From contig PEZS01000011.1 of NCBI GenBank assembly GCA_002778785.1, forward strand, positions 192,995 through 256,994: DNA of 64,000 nucleotides. The letters are read 5' to 3'. The DNA comes from Bdellovibrionales bacterium CG10_big_fil_rev_8_21_14_0_10_45_34 (GTDB lineage Bacteria; Bdellovibrionota; Bdellovibrionia; Bdellovibrionales; 1-14-0-10-45-34). Below the pieces are notes generated by a model. It was not told the origin of the DNA. It made no database searches and was given only the letters and a program-made list of their open reading frames with translations. The position numbers and the translations under genes are program-made. Below are positions 46,683-55,580 of this stretch, one piece after another; position 1 is the stretch's first letter; each line of letters begins with the position of its first letter.

Positions 46683-48982
46683 CTCACTTCGCTCCTTTGC
46701 TCTTTTGAAAACTGCAGCAACTTTCTTTGAAAGCTTCCGCTATTTTTACTAAGGGCACTCTCAAGATAAGAAATATCTTCAGGGGAAGTGGTCGAAAGCC
46801 AATATTCCAGTTTGTTTGGTTCATATCGCAAAATCGTTCTATCATGATCTCGCATAAGGTAGATTTCTGAAAAAGACCCTTTTTCTCTTTGAAGTGAATC
46901 AATTGCCATTTGGTCAACTTCAGTAAGAGACAAGATTTGTGAGTAGTTCCTTGGGTCACCCCTTTGTTGAAGGATCGCCTTAGAATGAGTGTTTTGTAGA
47001 ATGCTAGAGCCTGCGAGGTTAGAGGTAACCTTTTCTAGATCTTGAACGATGATGATCACTCCGCTGTAGTACTTTCGTAGCGTTGAAACAAGTTCATCAA
47101 CAAACATGGATTGAGTTTTCAGTAGCGAGAAAGCAACTTCATCGAGTACTAACCATGAAAATCTTTGCCTTTTAGTATCTCGGACCCTGGCCCAAACCGT
47201 CGCGCACACGATGAGCTGGACGACTCTTGCAAGGTCCTCAAACTCAGTAAGTCCCTTAAGATCAAATGTCATAATGTCTTGATCGAGGGGGATGCTAGCA
47301 TCGGTATCTAGGAACTGTGCAAAGAAACTTCCTTTACCCCATGGCTCGAGCAGCATGGCCAACTTCTTCTCTTCTTCGCTTCGAGGACCTGATAACTCGT
47401 CAATGAGGTAGCTGATTGGTCTACGCGGCAACTCCTTCATTTCAAACAGGTCCGTTAGTTTTTCCCACAACAAATGCCGAATCTCTACAGATGACGACTT
47501 TCCGTCGAATCTAATCATCTCCAAGAAAATCTGAAAAATGTGCTGACGCCTTATGGTCTCTTCTTTGGAGTTATCAGATTTAGCCAAGAAGAATGGCCCC
47601 ATTTGAAAGCCTGTATCTATATCAAAGCCCATAACCTTTCCGCCCAAGAACTTTGTTAACTTGTTATAGGACCCTCCAATATCGACGATAAAAATATTCG
47701 GATTCAAACTCATGCTTTGAGCAATGAGTGAATTGACAAAGAAACTCTTTCCAGCTCCGCTGGTTCCGCTAACTAGCCAGTTGTAATTTGCGACGGCTGG
47801 ATCGATGGGATCAATTGAGTATATGCTACCGCTTCTGGTGTGAAAGGTTACAACCGGCCTCGCATCTCCTTTAGACGGTCTGAAGAAGGGCAAAAAATGT
47901 ATCGCGTTAGAACTTAAGACTGTATGCAGTTTTTGGTTTTTTCCTCTGAAAGTAGGGATGCACTCCAAATAAGAATCGAATGTACCGATTGCACTCTCTT
48001 CGAATTCACAAAAATTCATTTTGGCGGCAGCTTGCACGATATGCCCGAGAGCTCGACTCTGAAAGACGCCCAAAGACTCCGGCATTCTTAAGCCGACATT
48101 TGCCTGGATGGCTACGATGTTCTCAGAGTTCTCTGCTAAAATTCTGAGTATTTCATCGATTTGGCGAATCTGACTTTCGATCTTTTGAAGATCTTTGTTC
48201 CCTCTTTTTGACGCCAGCAAATTTCTCTTCTTTTCAAGACTCTTACTGACCGGCTGTGTTTGTTTAATCTTTAACCTTATTGATAAATCTATGGGATATG
48301 GCAGCGACGTAATCGCCTCTATCATACCCAAATGAGTTTCCGCTTCTGGCAGCTTAGTGAGTTCTACCGAGCGAAAGACGTCTCCATCTATTTTGAGATG
48401 GCCGGGGCGGATTTCGATGTGGGGCCACTCATTCTGAAGATCTTCGGACTTTTGCAGCGACTGAGCGCTCGAGTTAATCTCTTTTAGAACTTCCTCTTTA
48501 CCAAGAACTCTGGCGTTAAGACCCATGGCCCTAAGGGCCGACAACATCAGAAGCCGTTTTTCATTGCCCCCTTGCCGGCCCGAATTACCCGGACTCCAGT
48601 AACAAACAATTATCTTCTGAGAGGAGACTTGAGGCAAATCTTCACTCATCTCACTTAGCTCACTCGCTAGCTTTGAAAGCAAAAGCTGGCGTCCGTATTT
48701 GTTCTCCGACAAGAGAGAGTTTTCTAGCTGAGACTCCACCCAATCAGAAAAATGCACTCTCTTTCTGTAGATTATTTGAATCTCTTCGCCAGCTTCAAAA
48801 TGAAAAGCTGTTCTCCAAAGGTTGTGAAGCTGATTTATCTTTTGATCAGTGAAAAATGACGTATCTATACCGTCTACGGAGTATAGCCATCCGCTACATT
48901 TTTTTGCCCCAAGTGTTCCGTCTTCTGCTACTTCATTAACGGGCCAAAAATCTTTCAATGAAAAGGCCTTAGGCTCGAGCAT
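46679..48982 (-). CDS. VirB4/TrbE/TraC-family type IV secretion ATPase
   Basis: 767 aa. Walker A VSGTSGAGKSFF, Walker B WLVLDEVAF, and overall VirB4 length and layout. Confidence 0.8.
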   Translation of the reverse strand: MLEPKAFSLKDFWPVNEVAEDGTLGAKKCSGWLYSVDGIDTSFFTDQKINQLHNLWRTAFHFEAGEEIQIIYRKRVHFSDWVESQLENSLLSENKYGRQLLLSKLASELSEMSEDLPQVSSQKIIVCYWSPGNSGRQGGNEKRLLMLSALRAMGLNARVLGKEEVLKEINSSAQSLQKSEDLQNEWPHIEIRPGHLKIDGDVFRSVELTKLPEAETHLGMIEAITSLPYPIDLSIRLKIKQTQPVSKSLEKKRNLLASKRGNKDLQKIESQIRQIDEILRILAENSENIVAIQANVGLRMPESLGVFQSRALGHIVQAAAKMNFCEFEESAIGTFDSYLECIPTFRGKNQKLHTVLSSNAIHFLPFFRPSKGDARPVVTFHTRSGSIYSIDPIDPAVANYNWLVSGTSGAGKSFFVNSLIAQSMSLNPNIFIVDIGGSYNKLTKFLGGKVMGFDIDTGFQMGPFFLAKSDNSKEETIRRQHIFQIFLEMIRFDGKSSSVEIRHLLWEKLTDLFEMKELPRRPISYLIDELSGPRSEEEKKLAMLLEPWGKGSFFAQFLDTDASIPLDQDIMTFDLKGLTEFEDLARVVQLIVCATVWARVRDTKRQRFSWLVLDEVAFSLLKTQSMFVDELVSTLRKYYSGVIIIVQDLEKVTSNLAGSSILQNTHSKAILQQRGDPRNYSQILSLTEVDQMAIDSLQREKGSFSEIYLMRDHDRTILRYEPNKLEYWLSTTSPEDISYLESALSKNSGSFQRKLLQFSKEQRSEVR

Positions 48983-49343
48983 CTGTACTCCCTTCAGAAA
49001 TCAAATGGCAAGCCAACCTTTTTGGTAAACTGAGGAATCTCAGTAGCCTGAGAAAAAGCAATCCGCCCAATGAGGCTCGGACTAACACTGCAAATAGTCC
49101 CACTAAAGCCGCAAGCAGAAATGCCCATGCACGCGGGATATGAAGGAACTGCGCCAGCTCACCACCAAAAACGACAAGAACACAAAGAACTACGAGCTCG
49201 CGAACGCTCACGCCAAATATGTAAAAGTTTGAATCGAGATTTCGGTAAACAGGGGTACTCATGCTAGGCCTTCTTTCATTCTTACGAAAGAGACGCCAAC
49301 CACTTAAAAGGAGCCAAGAGATCTTTTCTTGGCTGATGATCAC
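48969..49343 (-). CDS. VirB3/TrbD/TraL-like small membrane protein
   Basis: PVYRNLDSNFYIFGVSVRELVVL followed by two TM helices. GTGA start/stop overlap with the pilin-like gene. Confidence 0.5.
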   Translation of the reverse strand: MIISQEKISWLLLSGWRLFRKNERRPSMSTPVYRNLDSNFYIFGVSVRELVVLCVLVVFGGELAQFLHIPRAWAFLLAALVGLFAVLVRASLGGLLFLRLLRFLSLPKRLACHLISEGSTDARA

Positions 49344-49636
49344 ATAAAATAATCTATGATCATCTGGGCTGCATTAACCACTACTAATCCGATGACCCCA
49401 TAAACCAGACGAGTAAGACCCGATGATTCGCCTTTAGCGATCAAAAGGCCAGCCCAAGCAATAAATCCAATGATTACAACGTTCATTAATCTTACCAAAT
49501 CTGCGATCAACTCACCGATTCGACCTTCTAGCCCGCTCTGCGCAATCAAAAGTTGCGGCAAAAACGCCACCACTATCAAAGGCAAAACAAACGAACGCAA
49601 TTTCAAGGGTTTATGTTTATGTCGACTGTCTCTCAT
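49340..49636 (-). CDS. VirB2/TrbC-like pilin subunit
   Basis: 98 aa: long signal peptide, two hydrophobic helices separated by the KGESSG loop, and first position in the operon. Confidence 0.6.
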   Translation of the reverse strand: MRDSRHKHKPLKLRSFVLPLIVVAFLPQLLIAQSGLEGRIGELIADLVRLMNVVIIGFIAWAGLLIAKGESSGLTRLVYGVIGLVVVNAAQMIIDYFM

Positions 49637-49954
49637 TAGTGTTTTTTAAACCCCAGAATATTTAAGTCAAAGAGACAACGAATTTGAGTGAAAGCAGGTC
49701 ATTCCTACAATTCTCGAGAGAGTGAAACAAATACATCGCCATTTTTAAATTCATATAAGTCAAACTTGCGGGGCTTTATTGGATGCTATGTTGCCATTTT
49801 AAAAGTGAAGTCTTTACAAGCCTTTGCGGCAAGATCCTACAGGAAAGAACTTATAAACTGCCAGAAAAGCGCACGAAATTAACGAAGAACATCCATTAAG
49901 AAGAACGTCAGCTAAGTTGAAACAGTTAAAGCAGCTAACCCTTAAAAGACTAAC

Positions 49955-50431
49955 TTATAAAATTTCTTCGGAAACCTGAGGTAAAAACTTGTTTTGTTGC
50001 TCTAACAAGTCAAGGTGAGCGCCTACCAGTGCCTTTAGATTCACCTCGAAGTTTGTTTTTGTTCTGTTGAGATCTGAAATCTCTCTATAGACTCTCTTAA
50101 GAGAATCACGAGCTTCTCGCACAATAACGTCGGATTTATGTTGAGCATCACTGAGAATTAATTTTGCTTCTTTCTCTGCTTCCTCTTTGATTTTCTCAGA
50201 CATTCGTTGAGCAGTAGTGATGGTGTCTTTAAGAACTTTGTCTCTTTCGCGGTACTCCATAATGCTGAGCTCTTTTTCGCGAAGAGCCTCTTTGAGTGCA
50301 TTGCGCTCTTGAATTACTGATTCAAGTTCGTCCGCTACCATCTTTAAAAAATCTTCCACTTGCTCGGGGCTTAGGCCCACCACTTTTCGATCAAATGTTT
50401 TGTGCACGATCTCAATCGGAGTAATTTTCAC
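49955..50431 (-). CDS. divIVA: DivIVA-domain protein
   Basis: MKITPIEIVHKTFDRKVVGLSPEQVEDFLKMVADELE followed by a coiled coil. Confidence 0.9.
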   Translation of the reverse strand: MKITPIEIVHKTFDRKVVGLSPEQVEDFLKMVADELESVIQERNALKEALREKELSIMEYRERDKVLKDTITTAQRMSEKIKEEAEKEAKLILSDAQHKSDVIVREARDSLKRVYREISDLNRTKTNFEVNLKALVGAHLDLLEQQNKFLPQVSEEIL

Positions 50432-50609
50432 GCTCGCTGCCTCCCTGCCTTGCTTTCAGGTTAAAGTGCTTCGTCCGTTTTGTTCAAGCAAAGTTTGTCA
50501 ATTCGGCCATAAGATTAAGAAAGCAGGATTCAGCCATAATTCTTTAGGTCCTATCGTACTGTCTCGTACGATCGCCCATCAGCGACTAAAAGCATTGCGA
50601 TCTAGATAA

Positions 50610-51434
50610 CTATTCTAACTTCCCAAGTTCGGTTGCTTTTAACATGGCCTTCTCAAAACCTATTCTCAAAATTCTTTCCATTTGATTTTCTCGAATAGAC
50701 CAAAGGCCAGCTGCCGTCATGCCCTTCTTAGATGCGACCTGATTTTGTAGTTCTTCGAACGTCAAACTAGATTTCTTTGCTAGCTCCGCAGCTCCAGCTG
50801 TCGTTTCGATGATCATATCTCGTGCCTGCTCCGCCTCGAATCCATAGTCCTCCAGCCAATCTTGCATATAGCTCATTATCTCAAAAAGAAAGCCCACTCC
50901 ACTCGACGTTGCGACCGTAAGCGAGTTGAGCTCATCACCTTCTTGAACTTTTATGACTTTGCCCAAAGGACTAAGAAGATCTTCAACAAACTGCTCTTGG
51001 CCGAAATCCACTCTGTCCACACAGTAGCCCACAACGCCAGTGCCAAAACGCACAGTCAAATTGGGAGCCAGCCGCACAATCGATTGCGCCGAAGGTATCA
51101 AATTGCGCAGGGTTTGCAGATTCACGCCAGCGAGCAAACTGAAAACTCGGTGATACGCCTCAAATGAAAGACCTATAGGTTCAATTGCCGCGACAAGATC
51201 CTGTGGCTTCATGCAAAGAAACACCACATCCACCTTGTCAATGAGCTCTTCGTTAGACCTACAAGGCTGAACTCCCAAGTCGGCCACGATCCGGTCTTGC
51301 TTGCCAGCAGATCTGTTAGAGACAAAAATTTTCTTTGGGTCCCACTTACCTACATCTATCAAACCATGAATAATAGATTGGGACATATTGCCCGTACCAA
51401 TGAATCCAAATTTGAGTGCCCTCGTAAGATTCAT
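50610..51434 (-). CDS. proC: pyrroline-5-carboxylate reductase
   Basis: FGFIGTGNMSQSII Rossmann motif and a P5CR C-terminal domain. ATG at 51434 sits 10 nt after the yggS stop. The track start at 51566 would overlap yggS. Confidence 0.9.
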   Translation of the reverse strand: MNLTRALKFGFIGTGNMSQSIIHGLIDVGKWDPKKIFVSNRSAGKQDRIVADLGVQPCRSNEELIDKVDVVFLCMKPQDLVAAIEPIGLSFEAYHRVFSLLAGVNLQTLRNLIPSAQSIVRLAPNLTVRFGTGVVGYCVDRVDFGQEQFVEDLLSPLGKVIKVQEGDELNSLTVATSSGVGFLFEIMSYMQDWLEDYGFEAEQARDMIIETTAGAAELAKKSSLTFEELQNQVASKKGMTAAGLWSIRENQMERILRIGFEKAMLKATELGKLE

Positions 51435-51444
51435 GCTCCGTACC

Positions 51445-52152
51445 TCATAATGATGACTTTCTCTCTCCGAGAATTTGAGCCCCAACCCTAACCATAGTCG
51501 CACCTTCTTCGATAGCAACTTGAAAGTCTTGACTTGTACCCATAGAAAGCTCGAATGCGCTTTCAAAGAATCCGCAGCTCACAATTTCGTCGCCTATTTC
51601 GCGCAATCGGCGAAAAAAGGGTCTAGAGTTTTCAGGGTTATCAGAAAATGGCGGCATGGTCATAAGACCACTGAGTCGAACATTCCTGAAAGTTTTAAAA
51701 CGGAGGAAAAGCGACTTAACCTCTTCCGGCGAGCATCCCGCTTTGGAAAGCTCTCCAGAAAGATTCACTTGAATAAGCACTCTTTGTACGACGTCTTTCT
51801 TAGAGGCCTGAGCATTGACTGCTTCTAACTCTTCAACTGTGCTTATCGAATGAATTAGATCAACTTCACCAACTATGTATTTGAGGTTTTTCTTTTGTAT
51901 TCGTCCAATAAAGTGCCAGCTTATATCTGGGGGCAAACAAGACTTTTTCTCTCTTAGCTCTTGCGGGTAGTTTTCTGCGAAGACTCTTAAACCCAGATCG
52001 TAGGCCTGTTGAATTTTCTCGGCGGGTTGTAACTTGCTCACCGCGATTAAAATCGGCGTCTTGCTTCTCAGTGAATTTTCAGAGGCAAATCTCAGTTGAT
52101 TCTCTACCCATAGAATGCGCTCTTTAATTGAATTTCCATCCATTTTCGTCAA
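51445..52152 (-). CDS. yggS: YggS-family pyridoxal-phosphate homeostasis protein
   Basis: LIAVSKLQP with the PLP lysine, FAENYPQEL, WHFIGRIQKKN and MGTSQDF. Confidence 0.9.
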   Translation of the reverse strand: MTKMDGNSIKERILWVENQLRFASENSLRSKTPILIAVSKLQPAEKIQQAYDLGLRVFAENYPQELREKKSCLPPDISWHFIGRIQKKNLKYIVGEVDLIHSISTVEELEAVNAQASKKDVVQRVLIQVNLSGELSKAGCSPEEVKSLFLRFKTFRNVRLSGLMTMPPFSDNPENSRPFFRRLREIGDEIVSCGFFESAFELSMGTSQDFQVAIEEGATMVRVGAQILGERKSSL

Positions 52153-52714
52153 ATACCTTTAAAATCTTGTAAACCGGGAGGCCCATCACATTGTCGACGG
52201 CACCTTCAACGCTCGAAATGAAGTTACCTCCAGCGTCCTGAATTCCGTAGGCGCCAGCCTTATCCATTGGACTTCCGGTCGCCACATAGGCTTCTATCTC
52301 GCACTTTGTAAGCGGACAAAACTTAACCTTCGAAGTATCACTCGACTCCACCCAACTGTTCGTCACAGAATCAAAAATGGCGAATCCTGTAACAACTCTG
52401 TGTACCCTGCCCGAAAGTCGAGCGAGGTAATCTATTGCTTCTTCTTTAGACTTTGGTTTACCCAAGATGCTCCCGTCCAATTCGACAACGGTATCGGCAC
52501 CGACCACGGTAGCTGCGCTGGCTTTCTGAGCTCGACTTGTAGCTAGCACTGCCTCGATCTTTTGCCTAGCCAGAGCTGTCACAGCTTTCTCAAGAGTCAG
52601 GTTTTTATCAATAATTTCCGATACTTTAAGTGTGATTACAGAAAACTTGAGTCCAGCTTTTTTAAGTAACTCAAGTCGACGCGGAGACTGTGATGCCAAG
52701 ATGAGGCTTCGCAT
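52124..52714 (-). CDS. maf: Maf-family nucleoside triphosphate pyrophosphatase
   Basis: LILASQSPRRLELL, GADTVV and KAGAYGIQ. Confidence 0.9.
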   Translation of the reverse strand: MRSLILASQSPRRLELLKKAGLKFSVITLKVSEIIDKNLTLEKAVTALARQKIEAVLATSRAQKASAATVVGADTVVELDGSILGKPKSKEEAIDYLARLSGRVHRVVTGFAIFDSVTNSWVESSDTSKVKFCPLTKCEIEAYVATGSPMDKAGAYGIQDAGGNFISSVEGAVDNVMGLPVYKILKVFDENGWKFN

Positions 52715-52743
52715 AATTCGATGAAACCACGGAAAGGACCGAA

Positions 52744-53640
52744 ATGGGAGAGTTATTGCTAGTCATCGCGCTGCTCATGCTCGGTCTATCTGTGTTTCTA
52801 TTTGTCAATTCGCTCATTTCAAAAAACATCAACGACCAAGCGCTTTCGTGGGCTTCCGGAGAAGAGCCGACTAAATCGAAAAGTCCGTTCCTAGAATTAT
52901 CAAGACCCCTTGTTCACCGCTTTGCCATTGGACTTGCGCAAAAGGTGAAATCTACTAACTACCGTAAATCCATTGAACTCAAAATCAACAACTCCGGCCT
53001 GATGGCTGAGCTCAACGTGGATGAGTTTATTGGCCTGCAAATTCTTTGGGGCGTACTCTTTCCGTTTTTGGTTCTTTTTCTCAATGTCACGCTGGAACTG
53101 GGCTACCCGCCCTTGGCTGTTGTCACATTCGGCGCCTTCGGCTTGTACTTTCCCAATCTTCACACGAATACTCAGAGAGCCCAAAGAGTCTCTTCGATTC
53201 AGGCAGACTTACCTTTTTTCATTGATCTTCTGGCTTTGTCGACAGAGGCAGGACTCGACTTCATTGGAGCCATCCAGCGTGTGGTTGAAAAAGCGGAAGG
53301 TTCTGTGCTTGGTCAAGAGCTTCAAACAACATTGAATGATATTAAACTGGGAGCTTCGCGCGCTGAGGCTCTTAAAAGATTTGCCGAGAGAGTTGATCTA
53401 AAAGAAGTTACAAGTTTTGTAACAGTGCTTGTGGATGCAGACCAAACCGGCGCAAGTATCGGCAAGGTCCTTAAGGATCAAGCCATCCAAATGCGTCTGG
53501 AGCGCTTTGCTCGCGCCGAAAAAGCGGGAGCCAGGGCCAATCAACTCATTTTGCTGCCGCTACTAATTTTCATTTTGCCAGCCGTCTTCATTATAGTTTT
53601 TGGTCCAATTGCACTTCAATTTACCGGTCAAGGGGGATAG
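52744..53640 (+). CDS. type II secretion system F-domain protein, TadC/TadB-like platform protein
   Basis: N-terminal TM plus a single T2SSF domain: LPFFIDLLALSTEAGLDFIGAIQRV...LGASRAEALKRFAERV...ADQTGASIGKVLKDQA...LLPLLIFILPAVFIIVFGP. Confidence 0.8.
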   Translation: MGELLLVIALLMLGLSVFLFVNSLISKNINDQALSWASGEEPTKSKSPFLELSRPLVHRFAIGLAQKVKSTNYRKSIELKINNSGLMAELNVDEFIGLQILWGVLFPFLVLFLNVTLELGYPPLAVVTFGAFGLYFPNLHTNTQRAQRVSSIQADLPFFIDLLALSTEAGLDFIGAIQRVVEKAEGSVLGQELQTTLNDIKLGASRAEALKRFAERVDLKEVTSFVTVLVDADQTGASIGKVLKDQAIQMRLERFARAEKAGARANQLILLPLLIFILPAVFIIVFGPIALQFTGQGG

Positions 53641-53641
53641 G

Positions 53642-54010
53642 TTGTCTTATAGAGATCTTCCCCACATTCAGATACTCAAACGGGCTTCTCAAAAGCCCCC
53701 TTTTGAGACTGTTTACGAAGCCCGTGGAACACTCGCTCGACTGCGCGGCCTACTTTTTGAGTCACAAATTCCAGATGGACACGCTCTTTGGATTTCAAAC
53801 TGTAACAGCGTGCATACATTTGGCATGACGTATCCGATATACGTCGCATTTCTCAACAGAGACCTGCGAATCATCAAACTGTTTGAGGGTCTCAAGCCTA
53901 ACCGAATCTCACCGGTAGTTTGGGGAGCCAAAAGTGTATTAGAGTTCATTCGGCCAAAGAGCGGAGTTCTCCCGATACAAGAAGGGGAGGAGCTTTATGT
54001 GGTCAGCTAA
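53642..54010 (+). CDS. DUF192 (COG1430)-like protein
   Basis: ARLRGLLFES...GHALWISNCNSVHTFGMTYPIYVAFLNRDLRII. TTG at 53642 follows AAGGGGGA. The track start at 53600 overlaps the tadC-like gene. Confidence 0.55.
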   Translation: MSYRDLPHIQILKRASQKPPFETVYEARGTLARLRGLLFESQIPDGHALWISNCNSVHTFGMTYPIYVAFLNRDLRIIKLFEGLKPNRISPVVWGAKSVLEFIRPKSGVLPIQEGEELYVVS

Positions 54011-55580
54011 AGTTCTTCTCGGTCCAGATCAAGGAAAGGCCTTTGCCTTAACAGAGGGCGTACATACTTTCGGACGAGGTTCAGATTGCAGTGTTGTCAT
54101 CAACAGCAAAGGAATCTCAAAGCGACATTTCCAAATAAAAGTAAGCGGATCATCACTTGCTATTCAAGATCTTGGCTCGTCAAACGGCACATTCGTAAAT
54201 GGAGTAAAGATAAAATCCGCTCGGTTAAAACTAGGAGATCAGATTCAAATCTTCGACACGATTCTGGGAATCTCAGCTCTCCTCCATGCCGTGGAGCAAC
54301 CGAAACGCACTCATCAGATTGGCTCAAGCACAATTCCATTTGGCGCCCCTCCTAACCTGGAGCCAAATACTCAGGAAGCGGGGAGCTCGCAATTGAATTG
54401 GGATGCGTCAAGCTTTTCTACGAAAGTAAACAACTGGATAGAGCATTACATTATGCCAGCTGTTTACGAAATCTCTCAAAAAAATGATTTCAAATGGGTG
54501 CTTGCCGGTTTTATCGGAAGCTTGGCACTTCTCATCACTGTCTTCTCTTTAGCCCCGATGATACAAATTACTAAAGAGAGCGTCGACAAGGAAAGTGGAA
54601 GAAGGGCTCTATCGATTGCACAAATGCTTGCCGAAAGATACGAGATTGCAAATCGGCAAGGAGTTGCAAATCAGTTTGACACCAGACGTGCGGAAGTAGA
54701 AGAAGGTGTTGAGGCTGCTTATATTATCAAGGCCATTGACGGCTCCACGTTGGCGCCGGCGAGACTGGCAGGAGAACACATCAACCTACCCTTCGTGCAC
54801 ACTGCTCGAAGAAGCGACCAAAAAATGATGGAGCTTATAGACTCCGATCGTATTGGCGCCAGTGTCCCCATTATGGCTTACAGCTCAGAAATGGGCGCCT
54901 ATGCACCTGTAGCTTACTCGGTAATTATATATAACAAAGGATCTTTAGCTGTTGATAACGGTAGAGTTCTGGCTTTGTTTGTAAAAGTGCTTATGCTTTC
55001 GTTCATTCTAGGCGCAATCTGTTTTGTTCTTCTATACAGAGTTATTAAGAAGCCTATTAAGGCACTCAAAGATCAAGTACATCAATCTCTCTCAGAAAAG
55101 ATAGATATGGTAAACGAGGAGTTTGCGCTAGACGAATTTAGCGATCTGGTAATCAATATTAAAGCAGCCATTCAAAAAGCAAACCTCCTTACAGATTCCA
55201 GCGACTCATTGGCTTCTGCGACGGTTGATCACTCTCTTGAGGCCGAAAATCTATCTCGTTTGATTGCACAGCCGTGTATGGCAATATCGTCTGACAAAAA
55301 GATTTTGGCAATCAATCAGGCATTTGAAGACATCTCTGGCCTACGATCATTGCAGCTCAACCAATGCGAGATATCTCAGATACCAGATCAATCGTTACTC
55401 CTGTCGCTTGAAGAGCTTCTGGGTAACGCCACCCAAAATCCTACGCAAGTACAAAGTCAAACTTTGGACTTCAATGGAATTCCCTATAGCCTAGATGTTC
55501 AAGCCATTCAATCGAACCGAGGGGTCGAATACTATCTTGTAGTCGCCACCGACTCAACAGGAGCCCAAAATGTCATCTAA
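53997..55580 (+). CDS. FHA-domain transmembrane sensor-like protein (FHA, TM, periplasmic region, TM, HAMP-like, PAS-like)
   Basis: FHA motifs FGRGSDCSVVINSKGISKRHF...SSNGTFVNG. TM segments at about residues 165-190 and 320-345. C-terminal AISSDKKILAINQAFEDISG is PAS-like. Confidence 0.65.
   Translation: MWSAKVLLGPDQGKAFALTEGVHTFGRGSDCSVVINSKGISKRHFQIKVSGSSLAIQDLGSSNGTFVNGVKIKSARLKLGDQIQIFDTILGISALLHAVEQPKRTHQIGSSTIPFGAPPNLEPNTQEAGSSQLNWDASSFSTKVNNWIEHYIMPAVYEISQKNDFKWVLAGFIGSLALLITVFSLAPMIQITKESVDKESGRRALSIAQMLAERYEIANRQGVANQFDTRRAEVEEGVEAAYIIKAIDGSTLAPARLAGEHINLPFVHTARRSDQKMMELIDSDRIGASVPIMAYSSEMGAYAPVAYSVIIYNKGSLAVDNGRVLALFVKVLMLSFILGAICFVLLYRVIKKPIKALKDQVHQSLSEKIDMVNEEFALDEFSDLVINIKAAIQKANLLTDSSDSLASATVDHSLEAENLSRLIAQPCMAISSDKKILAINQAFEDISGLRSLQLNQCEISQIPDQSLLLSLEELLGNATQNPTQVQSQTLDFNGIPYSLDVQAIQSNRGVEYYLVVATDSTGAQNVI

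Noticed and set aside
40684-49954. Possibility that the T4SS-like cluster is part of an integrative element inserted at the 3' end of tRNA(CAT).
   Set aside because: The window contains no integrase, excisionase or relaxase gene. By eye I found no direct repeat of the tRNA 3' end in 49637-49954 or elsewhere nearby, and no obvious compositional shift. A computed repeat search is still worth doing.
51435-51566. N-terminal 44-aa extension of proC in the track ORF.
   Set aside because: The extension overlaps the 3' end of yggS and precedes the Rossmann GxGxxG motif by an implausible leader. The ATG at 51434 gives a canonical P5CR N-terminus.
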